A stretch of DNA of 64,000 nucleotides from Myxococcota bacterium (GTDB lineage Bacteria; Myxococcota_A; Polyangia; Polyangiales; Houyiibacteriaceae), in NCBI GenBank assembly GCA_039030515.1, contig JBCCEA010000019.1, positions 1-64,000 on the forward strand, read 5' to 3'. The translations under genes were made by a program, and so were the position numbers. The notes beneath the pieces were generated by a model. It saw only the letters and a list, made by a program, of their open reading frames with translations, made no database searches and was not told the DNA's origin. This document shows, piece by piece, positions 20,387-30,323 of this stretch. The first letter of the stretch is position 1. Every line of letters starts with the position of its first letter.

Positions 20387-23182
20387 TCAGTCGAGAAGCC
20401 GTAGACCGGGCGGGAGCAGCTCGCCGAGCATGCGCTGTTCTGCTTCGGCATCGAGATGGGTGACCTCGAGCACCATCTGGCGCCAAGTACTCGGCAAGCC
20501 CGCCACCTCAAGACGGGCAGCAACGCGTGTTCGCTGATCTCCAGCGAGATCCCTTTCGCGATCTCCGCTTCGGCGAGACATCAGCGCAGCGGCGAAGGCG
20601 GCCTCGGGCACTTGATTCCAATCGCACTCGAGCGCGCGCTCGATCCAGGGCGTGATGTGTTCCGCTGGAACGACCTGATGCACGCTGCCGTATTGGGGTA
20701 CTCGAGCGCCCAAACGTCCGACCGACCACCACGACTGGGCGCCATCCTCACCGCTTTGCAATCGCGTGAGAAGTTGGTTTCCGGCGTTCATCTTCTGGGC
20801 GGTCGCGAGCCGCTCTAGGGAGCCGACAAGCCGCACCATATCCTGATAGCCGAGCTTGCGCGGTCCTTTGGGACGCTTGCGAGGCGTTCTGGTTTCGGGC
20901 TCAAGGTACCAAGACACGTCTTCTAAAAGCTGCGCCTGAAGCGGCTCGTCAAGCCCTCCCGCAACCCGTCGCCACAGAGTCCACCACTCCGCCCAGTTTT
21001 GCGCCTCGGGCACAAACTGAAGTCCCGCCTGATGCACTTCACGCAGCTGGGCGCATCGCCAGTCGTCGAGAGGCGCTCCGTAGCCGGGCCTGAGGCAGTA
21101 GCCTACGAGGTTCAGCCAGACTCGCTCGTGGTCCTTGGAGCGGCGACGTCTTTTTCTGCCCGCCCAAAGCGCCCCAAAAAGCTCCCGCAAGATGGGCGGA
21201 TTCCACTGCGCCCTCGGCCCCAAGATCTTCTCAAGATCGGCTCGGAGCGTCTTCACTTCCCGCGGTCCGGTCTCAGCCTGACTCTTGCCGTAGACGCAAT
21301 CGATGCGCGCGGTGGCTTCTTTGAAGCGAGGATGTAATCGCTCCACCCTCGCGAGCGAAACGGCAGAATCGGCGGAGGCTTGGCTTCGAGCCTGAAACTC
21401 GAGCTTCCATCGCCGCTCTGAGGCGCCCTCAGCCACACAGCTCAGCTCAAGAGCACCCAACTCGCTGAGCGACGCAGCAAGCCGCACCGGAACCTCGCCG
21501 GCACCTTCGCCTTCGAGCACGGCCGCAACCGGAGGGAGATCTTGCCGAGTTTCTGCAGAAACATGCACCAAATCGCCGGGACGCAGATGCTGCACCTGAC
21601 TGGTCGAGGAAAAAACCCCAAACCGAACGGGTTTACCGAGACGCAGGGAGAACGTGCGCTTTTCGAGAACGATTTCTTCTCCTTCTTCCGCAAAACGAGG
21701 CAGGAGCACGATGCCTTCGTCCGGTCGCTCGGTCGTGGTGGAGAGAAAATACGTTCGCGCCGAGCCGCCTCCGATTCGGAGCCCTATCTTGCGGCGCGCA
21801 AGCCCATACGCGACCGCCCCCGCGGAAACGGCGAGTTCGAGAGAGGGGCTTTCAAGCTCTCGGGGCACGCTCCCCCGCCACGCGCCCAGCGTCGACATCA
21901 TGCGGCAACGCAAGAGCGCAGAGCGAAACACGCCTCCGTTGAAGAGCACCGCATCCGGAATCGCGTTTGAAGTCACGCCCTGGTCGGCAGCCGGCCCAGC
22001 AACACCAAGGGCCTCCCGAGCAAGGTCCTGATGCAGCCTTAAGAACGCCGCTACATGGTGCGTGATCGCGGGATCCGCGACGTAAGGAAGCCCGAACTCG
22101 ACGATCGCAGCTCGTCTTTTGTGGGGAGCCGTTTCAAATTCGCACTGAGGGAAAAACCCCTCCAGCAGCGTAGTCTGAAGCTCCTGGCGGTCGACCGAGA
22201 CCGAACGGGCTCCTCCGATCAGTTTGCTGCCGGTGCCGACAACGGAAACAGGTACGTTCTCCGGGGCTGCCTCGTGCAGCATGCGCTCTTTCGCCAGGCG
22301 GCACTGGTATGCGAGCTGTCCAAACGCGTGAGATCCAAGACCTCGGTCTCCAAACCTTGGCTCGAGCAGATGGGCAAGGGCGAGATCCATATTGTCTCCG
22401 CCGAGCATCAGATGATCGCCGACCGCGATTCGGGTCACGCGTGGACCGGTCTCGCGAGCTTCGAGACGTAGAAGGGTGAGATCGGTGGTGCCACCTCCCA
22501 CGTCGACTACGAGAACAAGGCGCAGGCCGTCGAGAGCCGAGTCGAGGTCGTCCTGATGAACGCTCATCCAGCGGTAAAACGCGGCCTGTGGCTCTTCGAC
22601 CAGTCGAACCTGGGGCAACCCAGCCTCGTGCGCGGCCTTCACGGTCAGAGATCTGGCGGTTTCATCAAAAGAGGCGGGAATCGTCAGGACGACATCCTGA
22701 GCATGGAGCGGTTCGTGGGGAAAAGCTTGATTCCAAGCCTCCTTTACATGAGCCAGATAGCCCGCACTGGCCTGCAGCGGCGAACACTGAGGCACATCAC
22801 GACCAGCCCCCCACGGAAGAATGGGCGCCGTGCGGTCCACTCCATCATGGGAAAGCCAGCTCTTGGCGCTGCGTACAAGGCGACCCGGCGACTTCGCCCC
22901 CAGATCAGAGGCGAACTCTCCGACGGCAAAGTCCCGCCCTGTCGCCCAGGGGAGATCAAGCGCGCCTGGGGCAAGCTCTCCATTCGCTGCGTGGTATCGG
23001 GCAGAGGGAAGCAGGGCGCGCGTTTCGACCTGCGCAGGTCCGACCAGCTGAGGAATCGCAAAGGGATGAATCGACGGGACGGCAGATGGCTCGGCTGGAG
23101 AAACGCCAAGGTGCGTATCCGCGTACGCAACTACCGTGTGGGTCGTGCCGAGGTCAATCCCGACAATATAACGTGCAGACAT
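20387..23182 (-). CDS. Hsp70/DnaK-like ATPase with DUF3731-type C-terminal domain
   Basis: VGIDLGTT, VLTIPASFD, LVEEPQAA, VDVGGGTTD, LGGDNMD; Trp-rich C-terminus (LRPGYGAPLDDWR, WWTLWRRVAGGL). Confidence 0.9.
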   Translation of the reverse strand: MSARYIVGIDLGTTHTVVAYADTHLGVSPAEPSAVPSIHPFAIPQLVGPAQVETRALLPSARYHAANGELAPGALDLPWATGRDFAVGEFASDLGAKSPGRLVRSAKSWLSHDGVDRTAPILPWGAGRDVPQCSPLQASAGYLAHVKEAWNQAFPHEPLHAQDVVLTIPASFDETARSLTVKAAHEAGLPQVRLVEEPQAAFYRWMSVHQDDLDSALDGLRLVLVVDVGGGTTDLTLLRLEARETGPRVTRIAVGDHLMLGGDNMDLALAHLLEPRFGDRGLGSHAFGQLAYQCRLAKERMLHEAAPENVPVSVVGTGSKLIGGARSVSVDRQELQTTLLEGFFPQCEFETAPHKRRAAIVEFGLPYVADPAITHHVAAFLRLHQDLAREALGVAGPAADQGVTSNAIPDAVLFNGGVFRSALLRCRMMSTLGAWRGSVPRELESPSLELAVSAGAVAYGLARRKIGLRIGGGSARTYFLSTTTERPDEGIVLLPRFAEEGEEIVLEKRTFSLRLGKPVRFGVFSSTSQVQHLRPGDLVHVSAETRQDLPPVAAVLEGEGAGEVPVRLAASLSELGALELSCVAEGASERRWKLEFQARSQASADSAVSLARVERLHPRFKEATARIDCVYGKSQAETGPREVKTLRADLEKILGPRAQWNPPILRELFGALWAGRKRRRRSKDHERVWLNLVGYCLRPGYGAPLDDWRCAQLREVHQAGLQFVPEAQNWAEWWTLWRRVAGGLDEPLQAQLLEDVSWYLEPETRTPRKRPKGPRKLGYQDMVRLVGSLERLATAQKMNAGNQLLTRLQSGEDGAQSWWSVGRLGARVPQYGSVHQVVPAEHITPWIERALECDWNQVPEAAFAAALMSRRSGDRERDLAGDQRTRVAARLEVAGLPSTWRQMVLEVTHLDAEAEQRMLGELLPPGLRLLD

Positions 23183-23604
23183 CGAGGAGCAGAGCGTAGC
23201 CGAGCTCGAGTATTTGAGCACTCTGACGCCCAGCTTCAGCGACTCGGGCCCCGTCAGCCGACGGTCTATACACTACTGTTTTTATCAATTTTACCCGTCC
23301 AAGCCACTTCGTGGTCCAGGTAGCCACTAGAGTCGCCAGCTCCTCGACTAGCTGGGGTTTGCACACTCCACGCGCACGTTGGCCTTTCAAAATACGCGCA
23401 TAAGACGACACGCTGGGCGCCTGCGGCGGAGAAGTTCCTGCGAAAACTATTTCGCAATGTCGAGTTCAGACCTCGGCCACCAGCAAATTGCGACAGTTCC
23501 CCGGGAACAGGCACGGAATATGCTCCGGGATGTGTGTGCGACAGCTCATGTAGTGTCCAGTTCACTGTGGGATTTCCCACAGTCGAGGACGACGGCGGGG
23601 GATC

Positions 23605-24702
23605 ATGACGACAAGCGCGGAACAATATGCACGACTGCAAACGGGTGAATTGCAAGCGAGTGAGGAACGCAGCCCGCAGATGCCTGAGCATGCTCCGGCG
23701 TCGACCTGGTTTCGGACTTCGACCAGCGCGTCGAACATTCAGGGGGAGCCTACCCGACCGGGAGTCGCAGCCCGCCGGCAGCAGACGGCAGTTCGGAGCA
23801 CACCGGACGATTCCCCAACTTTGACCGACGATGCACCCGCCGACCTATGCGGACGTGTTGTCGATTTCAAGCATTTCAGCCAAGCGCTGGCGACCGCGAT
23901 GGAAACCCATTTTCTCTGTTCTAGTGAACGTTCTTCGGAAGTTTCGGGAAACACACTTCAGCTTCATTTGAGGAAGGGCTGGAGTCTCTATCGGCTGATA
24001 CATCATCTGGTTTCCGAGATGAATCAGGCTACGGAGTCGTGGCGGGTGCCCTTTGATGGAGAGGGAACGGAAGACGTCGCGCGGTCTGAGGACGACACAC
24101 AGGCGATAGACGAATCGAAATTAGCTGAATCGAGTCTGAGCAGTCTGGGACTAGACGATCCTACGGAGGACGACCTCATGGCAGGAGGGACTCCGTCCGC
24201 CAAACCTGCCTCGACCTACCTCCGGAACACATCGAATTGCGCTGGTCTTGTTCGGACACCGCTGCCAGCAGAGAATCTCGAACGCCGCCATAGACTGTGC
24301 AGTCCGGCTAGGCAGTCTACGCAAACCAAGCCGTCGTCGTGGACAACCCGCGCGATGCCGGCACACCGGCCCGAGGTTCGACAACTGGATACGCGTGATT
24401 CAGTTCGAATCAGTTCTCATCAAAAATCTTCTGAGTCTCTGCAAAAACCAGGTGAAAGATCTCAGGGCGCGACCAAGGTGCATGCTTCCTCGACCAGCTC
24501 CGCCAGAGCCTCGTCGAGTAAAAGGCTGCCTACGCAGCAAAGCGTCTCGAAAGACCTGCATCGCTACGGTTTGATGGCTCAGTCCACCCGCTTCGCGAAA
24601 GAAACCTCGGCACTGCAGGTTCCCGTTCATCGGACCAATCTCCTTCTACTGTTCTTTGGCCTGTCTGGTCTCACCGCCGCGGTTCTCTACGCCACCCTGT
24701 AA
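23605..24702 (+). CDS. Hypothetical Ser/Thr-rich protein with C-terminal membrane anchor
   Basis: 365-aa ORF, low complexity, terminal hydrophobic helix LLLLFFGLSGLTAAVLYA. Confidence 0.55.
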   Translation: MTTSAEQYARLQTGELQASEERSPQMPEHAPASTWFRTSTSASNIQGEPTRPGVAARRQQTAVRSTPDDSPTLTDDAPADLCGRVVDFKHFSQALATAMETHFLCSSERSSEVSGNTLQLHLRKGWSLYRLIHHLVSEMNQATESWRVPFDGEGTEDVARSEDDTQAIDESKLAESSLSSLGLDDPTEDDLMAGGTPSAKPASTYLRNTSNCAGLVRTPLPAENLERRHRLCSPARQSTQTKPSSWTTRAMPAHRPEVRQLDTRDSVRISSHQKSSESLQKPGERSQGATKVHASSTSSARASSSKRLPTQQSVSKDLHRYGLMAQSTRFAKETSALQVPVHRTNLLLLFFGLSGLTAAVLYATL

Positions 24703-24959
24703 CGCTCTTTCCGGCGGCCTTGATTAGCGGAACCGCGTTCTTCTCACTGGCCCACCGACCTCGTTCGCAGACCTGCCTCTCCGCTTTGCTCACCTCAGTT
24801 TTGAGTGCCTGAAATGGCCTGCTATTGTTCGATAGCCAGCTCGCGCCATTCTGAAAGCGGTCCTCCTTCCAAGAGCGCACAGGACCTCTGATTCAACCTC
24901 CGCGTTGACGCACGGGCTGAGCTTATGGCGACGAACATCCATTATCGGTTCACGTTCCG

Positions 24960-26087
24960 ATGAAACCGGTTCGATTCCTCCTCAGACGACGACCACCAAA
25001 GACTGCATTTCCTAGAAGTGACCGTCCACTCAGTGCGCGCCTTGCACCAGACGTCGTATGTCTCATTCCTCATGGCGAGATAGTCTTCCGCATGACGTTC
25101 AGTCCGAATGGCGACGTACTTGCCGTCGTTTCGATTCCTGACACGTAGGGACGGCGTATATACGGAACTCACCTCACCATCTCGATTTTTGACAGCCGCG
25201 ACGGCACTCTCCTGGGCCGCCGCCGGATCGATCGATCCGGTAGACCCAGAGAACTAACGTTTGATCCTCAGGGAACGTCGCTCCTCGTCATGGCTGAATG
25301 CCCTGGAGATCGCACGCAGCTGCAACGTAGGGCGCCCCCTCACACCAAGCTTTTTCTCATAGAGGATGCCAGAACTCTGATGCATCAAAGTCCACGAGAG
25401 TATCGTTTGAATTACAATGCACACCGCGTGGCACTTGGTCCTGACGCGTTTGCTGTCAGACGCTTGCAGGACCGTCAAGATCTGGATCGCAGTCACCTAA
25501 AGATTTATCGCAAAAGCTCTGGAGGCGGTCCAAATCGCAACGAACCTTGCGCATATTCACAGTGGATGCAAACACGGTATTGGCACGACTCATGTAGTTC
25601 ACTGGCTTTTGCTTCGGAGGGCAACAGTCTGATAGTCGGAGGCGCCAGCGGAACTATGATCTGGGGCCGCGGGGGCGAATGCAGGGAACTGAAGCTAGCG
25701 AGGCAACGAAACAAACCGGCTGCCTTGCTCACAGTCAGCCATGACGGAAAGTATGTTTGTTCCAAACTCGGTGACGGGAACCTAGCGCTTTGGAATCTTG
25801 CTGGAACTGATAGCCAAGGGAGCGTGCTGCGGGGTTCTCAAGGAGAGATCCGAAAAATACACTTTATGTATTGGCTCGATCGAGTTTGTATCGCCGCTTT
25901 AAATTCTCACGGCAAGTTCTACGTTTGGGACGTCGCCAATCACAAACGACTCTACAGTAGCGCGCTCCCCTCTGATGTAGACCGCACAAAGTTAGCGTTG
26001 TCGACAACGGGATCGGTCGCCTTCACGTACCCCCTGCCGCTGCACGAATTAGGTGGGTCGAGCACCGTAACCATACGCGGTATGTGA
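24960..26087 (+). pseudogene. WD40/beta-propeller orphan interrupted by one in-frame TAG (25146-25148)
   Basis: MTFSPNGDVLAV...DT*GRR...ELTFDPQGTSLLV continues in frame into ORF 25290..26087 (LAFASEGNSLIVG, VSHDGKYV, LALWNL, FYVWDV). Confidence 0.7.
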
Positions 26088-26206
26088 ACGGGTCGATCCG
26101 CAGCGAGACACCTTCGCGCAGGCACTTTGCTCGCGTGGTACCTGGACTATTCATGGACAAGACGCACCAGGCACGGTGATTCGTGCCCAATATCTGGACA
26201 ACACAT

Positions 26207-26252
26207 GGACAAACCGTACCGGGTACGGTTTGTCCGTACCCGGTACGGTTTG
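26207..26252. repeat. Perfect palindrome GGACAAACCGTACC-G-GGTACGGTTTGTCC with overlapping extra half-site
   Basis: 14-bp arms at 26207-26220 and 26222-26235; related to the dispersed repeat core. Confidence 0.9.
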
Positions 26253-26485
26253 ATCTGTGGGCATAGTCGCCTGGTTCACTCTCTCCATCAAACCGAGGCA
26301 ACTGTAACCATCTTGAATGGCAACTCAGTACAAGCATGACACTTTGTAGGATGCAGTTTCTGAGACTCGTATCTTCGATACATCATGATTGGACTACTGT
26401 TAAGTTCGATAAAGGAGCTGCACCTTAGTGTGGCGGAAGCATCGGCTTTGAGTTTGAGCTGCATCTCGTCTGCCTGATTCGAAAG

Positions 26486-27712
26486 GTGGGACGTCTCTAC
26501 GAAATCGCTAAGCCAACGAGAGAGCATATCTTCAAGAGCCGCTGGTGCCATGGTAATATCGATCGAGGGAGTTTTCTTGGACCATCATTACGACCGGCAT
26601 TCGAGAGCACAGGATTACCCGAGCTTGTGGATCCAACTCACAATCCTTGGGTAGATCATAACTACTATGGCTGCATGGAAGTTGTGAGTAGACCAGTTAT
26701 CGATGCAGGGTGCCAAAGCCCATTTGCAGCAGTAGCGGCTGAGCTAAGTTTCCTCTGCAAAAGCCTACATCAATTCGTTTCAATGAGCGGGAATTCCCAC
26801 AACATACCTCTTCAACCGCTATCCGGTTGGATTCAGCGCATCAACTGTCAAAAACCAACGTTTGACTTGAGGCGCACCTATCGAGAAGACGGCACCTGCA
26901 TCACCGACGAATTCCATCTTCTTTGTACACCATTTCAACCAAAGGTTATCAATGGCCTGAACCAGCACCTGAAAAGGTCTTTGCCACCGCGCTTTAAAGA
27001 CCCAGTAAAGAATGGCTTGATATTCCCACAGGTTACTTGTTCTACGTCTCTTGAGACCTGGTTAGGACCATCGACTACAAATAAACAAGCAGGATAATCT
27101 TGCTCTTCACTCGTGAATTTTGTGAAAGATGTAGACAAGAAGTTTTCTATTACGAGGAATCACACAGATCAAATAGAGATCGCACAGATTCGAAGCCGTC
27201 AACTCATTCAAACGCTTAATTCATATCTGCACTTACAGTGTGAACACGAATCAAGTGTTTTTCAGCAGAGAAAATTCGTCAAGATAGGTGGGTTCTTGAC
27301 ACTTCTCGTCCTCATCCTTCTCACCGAAGCTGTAGGCAGCGAGGAGATTTGTGAATTCAATACAAAAAATCGTTACGCTTATCTCCCCAAGAACACAATC
27401 GAGGAAATCCGGCAAAACTGTCTCTCGGAACGAGACCGGTGGGCGCTCAAACGATGGAGCACTGGCCCTGCATTGATCGCCAGTGCGGCTCAACGAGAAT
27501 TAAACGAGCAGATATTTCATCCGGCGTTTGGCACCAGGATGAGGAAACTTGGTAAGGACGTGTCCATGAGTTTTTGTGCATCGCTCTCGGGCAAAAAGCT
27601 GACCAGCAGCACGGTCAGCATCATACCCGAACTGGTCTTTGCATTCAGACGTTCGCGTCGCAATACGACGTTGCTCCAGGGCGAAAGAAGCGACTCGGAC
27701 ACCCCGTCGTAG
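26486..27712 (+). pseudogene. AT-rich orphan gene remnant with in-frame TAA (27095-27097)
   Basis: ORFs 26486..27097 and 27113..27712 are in the same frame separated by a single stop; no recognisable motif. Confidence 0.45.
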
Positions 27713-28199
27713 AAGCCAGATTCATGGAAATGATATCTCACGATGCGCTTCCGAATTGGATATCAACCGTACGCAGGTGGGCGTGGGAGCTCAATCGAAG
27801 TCCGTCAGTAGAGGCGCGCTGGAACCGACACGCGAAAAGATGAGTGCTGAACCACAAAAGGAAGCATCTTTGACGCCTACAGCAAGTCTCAAAAATGAAC
27901 AATGACCCAGACAAACGCCAGCGGACACCGCAGTTTGCGGCAAGAGACTTTACAGATTAATATTATGGAAACTCGTATGGAAGTAAGCGCGGTCGAAAAA
28001 TCCGATGCGACGTATGTTCTATTTTGATACTCGAAAGGAAGCTAGATTATACACATGAGGTTTTGGGGCTCTCGTCGACTGCTGCCGCTAGACGATGGCG
28101 TCGATAAGCCGTACCGGGTGCGGTGTGATCGCTACGTGCGGGATGCGTACCTGTTCAGCAGGAACGCCGCCGCGGGCTTTAATCCGAGACTTTAATTGC

Positions 28200-28796
28200 T
28201 CAGCCTTCGTCAAGTTGTGCCTTCAGCAGCCCTTCCAAGTATTGTGCGAGCGCCTCGACATTGAAATGCCCCTCCTTCCAATGCCGATCAGCCTCCTGAA
28301 GCGCTTGGTAATAGGACTGCCCGTTTTCTCTAATCCGCTCCGGGACGATTTTCTTTCCTGGCAGCAGGCGACCTTGCCGCACACACATCAGGTAGTAGCA
28401 GGCGGCCCGTGCAGTACGGCCATTTCCTTCAACAAAGGGATGAATCCAGTTGAGTCGCCACAGCGCGTAAGCCGGAAGCATCGTAGGATGCTGCTCAATG
28501 TCCCAGGTCTCATGGATTTCAGAGATGAACCTATCCATGAGGTCCGGCGCCTTGTCGAAGTGTGGCGGAATGTGATTGCCGACGTAGATCGGCTCTTCAC
28601 GAAACCTACCGCCAAACTGCGCGATGTTGGCTACGGCCGCGGCATTCAACGACCATAGAACATATTTGTCGAAGGCTTCGATGCCCTTGGCGATGGCAAT
28701 CTGGATGCAGTTGGCGAGTAGGTCGTATTGACGGACCAGGTTTTGCTATTGAATACGATCGAAAAGCTCTGGATCGGAGCCTTGTCGAATGACCAC
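28200..28796 (-). pseudogene. Fic-domain protein interrupted by one in-frame TAG (28746-28748)
   Basis: GTG at 28796 just after the partner's stop; MVIRQGSDPELFDRIQ*QNLVRQYDLL... continues into ORF 28200..28649 with canonical HPFVEGNGRTAR. Confidence 0.85.
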
Positions 28797-28801
28797 CCAG
28801 A

Positions 28802-29011
28802 CTACGTCTTCAAGCGAATGCTGGTGGACGCCTGACGGACGGAATCTTTGGTGATACCATCAGAGTCTAGCGGCGCGTTGCCATACGCAAAGCTGACGCG
28901 TTGTTCCCGCAAGTCATCTTCGGAAATTTCCTGCTTCTTGGCTCGCTCCAGCAAATCTTCGAGCTCGGAATCCACCACCAACGCAGTCTGAAACTGTTTT
29001 CTGTCTGGCAT
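28802..29011 (-). CDS. Small protein upstream of fic, putative antitoxin/partner
   Basis: 69 aa, EQRVSFAYGN motif, co-oriented 5 nt upstream of fic. Confidence 0.7.
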   Translation of the reverse strand: MPDRKQFQTALVVDSELEDLLERAKKQEISEDDLREQRVSFAYGNAPLDSDGITKDSVRQASTSIRLKT

Positions 29012-29470
29012 CGCGCCTTCTCTCTGCCCTCACGCTGTAGTCGCAGCTGACGCCGCAAGTAAAGAGTACCTCTCTTCAACTAACCGCGGAAAAGGTACTC
29101 CAACGTATTACGGTAGTCGACGAGAAATCGCCACGCACTCCTGGGCCCCTGGGCCCCTGCGCTTTTACGATGAACTCCGATGAGCCAAACGCTGACTATC
29201 TACCACTCGACGAAATGAAAGACCCCAAGGACGTCGAGCATGCATGTACAGACGAAATCCGTAGTGGTATCCAATACTTGTGCAGTGGGAAGCTTGAGGG
29301 CACCCCCTTGACCAGGGCATCAAGCGGCTCAAAAGTTGGCAGCCTCAAGCCAAATGACCTCGCGTCTGAAGAGGAAATGCTGAACAGCCCGGCATCACGG
29401 CGATGGACAAGCCCTACCGGGTGCGAGGTAGCCGAATCGCGTTCGGGGCGGAAGCTGGTAGAGCAGAGCG

Positions 29471-30121
29471 ATGGAGCGTTTTCAATCTACTCCTCGAGTT
29501 CTCTGGACCTGGCTTCAAGGATTGGGACCACAAATCCGGCGACAGCTTCGCTATTGCGTCGGCCGGCTTTGGCTGAATGCATTCGGCTGGAAGGAAGATG
29601 GGGTCTTGCCCGACGTGCCCAAGGCGGTGGTGATCGCGTATCCCCACACCACCAACTGGGATCTTCCCTTTATGTTGGCGATCGCCTACGTGATGGACCT
29701 TGAAGTTCGGTGGCTCGGGAAGCGGAGTCTTTTCAGACCTCCCTTTGGACCGCTGATGCGATGGCTGGGCGGGATTGCCGTCAACCGCTCCCAGCGTACC
29801 CGTAAGGTAGACGCCGTGGCGGACACCATCCGAAACATGCCGCGCGGCATGGTGATGATCCCCCCCGAAGGAACACGCGGCAAAGCGGGCAACTGGAAAA
29901 GCGGCTTCTACTGGGTAGCGGTGAAGGCCGAGGTGCCCATCGTGCTCGGCTATCTGGACTTCAAGAAGCGCCGCGGGGGGGTCGTCACAACGATCACTCC
30001 CACCGGAAACATCGACCAGGATATGGTCACCATCCGCGACGCCTACCGCGGCGTGCAGGGAAAGCATCCCGACCGCCAGGGTGATATTGCGCTATGCGAT
30101 CGCAAAGCAGACCCGGGGTAG
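29471..30121 (+). CDS. Lysophospholipid acyltransferase (PlsC family)
   Basis: HTTNWD (HX4D), PPEGTRG, KSGFY. Confidence 0.9.
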   Translation: MERFQSTPRVLWTWLQGLGPQIRRQLRYCVGRLWLNAFGWKEDGVLPDVPKAVVIAYPHTTNWDLPFMLAIAYVMDLEVRWLGKRSLFRPPFGPLMRWLGGIAVNRSQRTRKVDAVADTIRNMPRGMVMIPPEGTRGKAGNWKSGFYWVAVKAEVPIVLGYLDFKKRRGGVVTTITPTGNIDQDMVTIRDAYRGVQGKHPDRQGDIALCDRKADPG

Positions 30122-30140
30122 GCAACGAGACGCACGACGG

Positions 30141-30307
30141 ACAAACCGGTCCCTGTTTCCACAAACCGGTCCCTGCTTCCACAAACCGGTCCCTGCTTCC
30201 ACAAACCGGTCCCTGCTTCCACAAACCGGTCCCTGCTTCCACAAACCGGTCCCTGCTTCCACAAACCGATGCCTGTTTCCACAAACCGGTCCCTGTTTCC
30301 ACAAACC
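30141..30307. repeat. 20-bp tandem array ACAAACCGGTCCCTGYTTCC x8
   Basis: 8 contiguous units without spacers between convergent genes. Confidence 0.97.
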
Positions 30308-30323
30308 TAAAACAGACAAGCCC

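Noticed and set aside
27946..27973. dif-like XerC/D site (TTATGGAAACT resembles an XerD arm)
   Set aside because: The putative XerC arm GACTTTACAGA lacks the conserved ATAA end; a single arm in AT-rich DNA is insufficient
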